DNA of 63,294 nucleotides, filler included, from Octopus bimaculoides (lineage: Eukaryota): NCBI RefSeq assembly GCF_001194135.2. It is 5 parts of 5 records of this genome, joined end to end, with 100 filler letters (N's around TTAATTAATTAA, not from the genome) between each part and the next. Parts side by side here need not be neighbours in the genome. Positions count along the whole stretch, not along the records: positions 62,120 to 63,294 come from NC_068997.1; 4 more parts are not named here. One strand, 5' to 3'. The translations under genes were made by a program, and so were the position numbers. A model generated the notes under the pieces. The model was not told the origin of the DNA. It saw nothing but the letters and a program-made list of their open reading frames with translations, and made no database searches. This document shows, in pieces, positions 62,020-63,294 of this stretch (positions within the stretch are counted from its first letter, which is position 1; each line of letters opens with the position of its first letter).

Positions 62020-62119
62020 NNNNNNNNNNNNNNNNNNNNNNNNNNNNNNNNNNNNNNNNNNNNTTAATTAATTAANNNNNNNNNNNNNNNNNNNNNNNNN
62101 NNNNNNNNNNNNNNNNNNN
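62020..62119. other. Assembly spacer 44N-TTAATTAATTAA-44N (artefact)
   Basis: Identical construct. Confidence 0.9.
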
Positions 62120-62600
62120 TATATATATATATATATGACTTATTCACTTAGCCTATTAGAAAACCGCCCGGAGGGAGGTGTTTCTATTAGTATTTGAAAT
62201 AAGATTTTAACCAGAGATTTCTAAAGCTACATATTATTTGAGGACTACAGTCAGTGCATCAAGAACAGAAATAAATCTGGCTGAACACATGAACGTGAGA
62301 AAGATAAAGAAATAAAACAAAAAATAAATGTAATTTCAAAAATAAGATATATATAAAGATATGAAGGAGAAATGTTATAGAAAAACATACTTAAGATTTG
62401 TGTTCAGATATACTTAATAACCGATAAGATTGTGTAGTCTTGCTATTCATGGTATTGTACACAAGTAAACACGCATGCAGACGCACACTCACGCATACAC
62501 GTACACAGGCATACACACGTACACAGGCATACACACGTACACATATGTACACACAATCTTGTATATATGTGTATGTATGCGTTTGTGCGTGTGTGAGTGT

Positions 62601-62642
<42 letters not shown>

Positions 62643-62690
62643 GAATACATATATGCACATACACACGCAAATTATATTTATACAAATGTG

Positions 62691-62723
<33 letters not shown>

Positions 62724-63109
62724 TTGTTTGTGTGTGTGTGTGTGTGTGTGTAAGTGTGTATGTGTGTGTGTGAGAGAGAGAGTGTGTATATTCTTTTATT
62801 CTCTTTCGAGATTATTGCATGAAACTTGGCAAGAAATTCCTCCAAAGAATATTCATCACCTGATCATTAACATTAATAGGGTACTTGCATTGAAAAATGC
62901 AAAGGGCATGTCTACTAAGTATTAAATATTTGCACTATAACAATTAATAAATAATTTGAATGTATAATTTCAGATTTAAATAAATGTCAACGATTATAAG
63001 TGCGTCTATTTATTTCTGTCATGTCTGTGTCTATACAAACGCTCACATCTCTTACTACTTGTATTAACACATTCTATATGTAATATGAGGTTAAAAGAAC
63101 TAAGGTTTC

Positions 63110-63294
63110 AAGCTGGCAGAATCGTTAGCACGCCGCGAAAGATGGTTAGCAGCATTTCGTTCGTCTTTATGTTCTGAGTTCAAATTCCACCAAGATCAGC
63201 TTTGCTTTTCATCTCTTCGGGTTTGATAAGATAAGTACCAGTTGAGCTGTGAGATCGATACAATCGACTATTCGCACACCCACCCCCTCTCCTG
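63110..63294 (+). mobile_element. SINE family B
   Basis: aagctggcagaatcgttagcacgccgc...gttctgagttcaaattccacc; runs to the window end. Confidence 0.85.

Overview
Eukaryotic, AT-rich, repeat-dominated draft-assembly sequence with roughly 9 kb (~14%) of N gaps. The SINE families, very high microsatellite density and DNA-transposon relics look like an octopus genome; this is recognition from memory, not a database search. I found no protein-coding gene I can name and no CRISPR, rRNA or true tRNA genes. Nearly all ORFs in the supplied track are microsatellite or N-gap artefacts. Supported content: about 45 tRNA-derived SINE or LINE-tail copies from several families; decayed mariner, hAT and piggyBac-like DNA transposons; RTE and possibly CR1 LINE relics; and several Penelope-like (GIY-YIG) retroelement remnants. 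The best leads are (1) minimal hammerhead-ribozyme-like motifs in at least five unrelated repeat contexts, including a head-to-head inverted pair at 14509-14653 and a well-preserved motif at 29363-29405; (2) a GC-rich 20-bp satellite at 57303-59350 that switches orientation at least three times; (3) a recent ~230-250 bp inverted duplication (37907-38134 / 41735-41982) bracketing 3.6 kb, as expected from a staggered-break inversion; (4) a CpG-retaining promoter-like island (~34480-37100) inside a CpG-depleted block, overlapping a hAT element with a predicted spliced transposase leader. None is shown to be a new biological system; all need the listed checks. Four identical 100-bp spacers (44N-TTAATTAATTAA-44N) are assembly joins, so adjacency across them is unverified. 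Family letters A, B, C, D, D2, F and G are my own labels.
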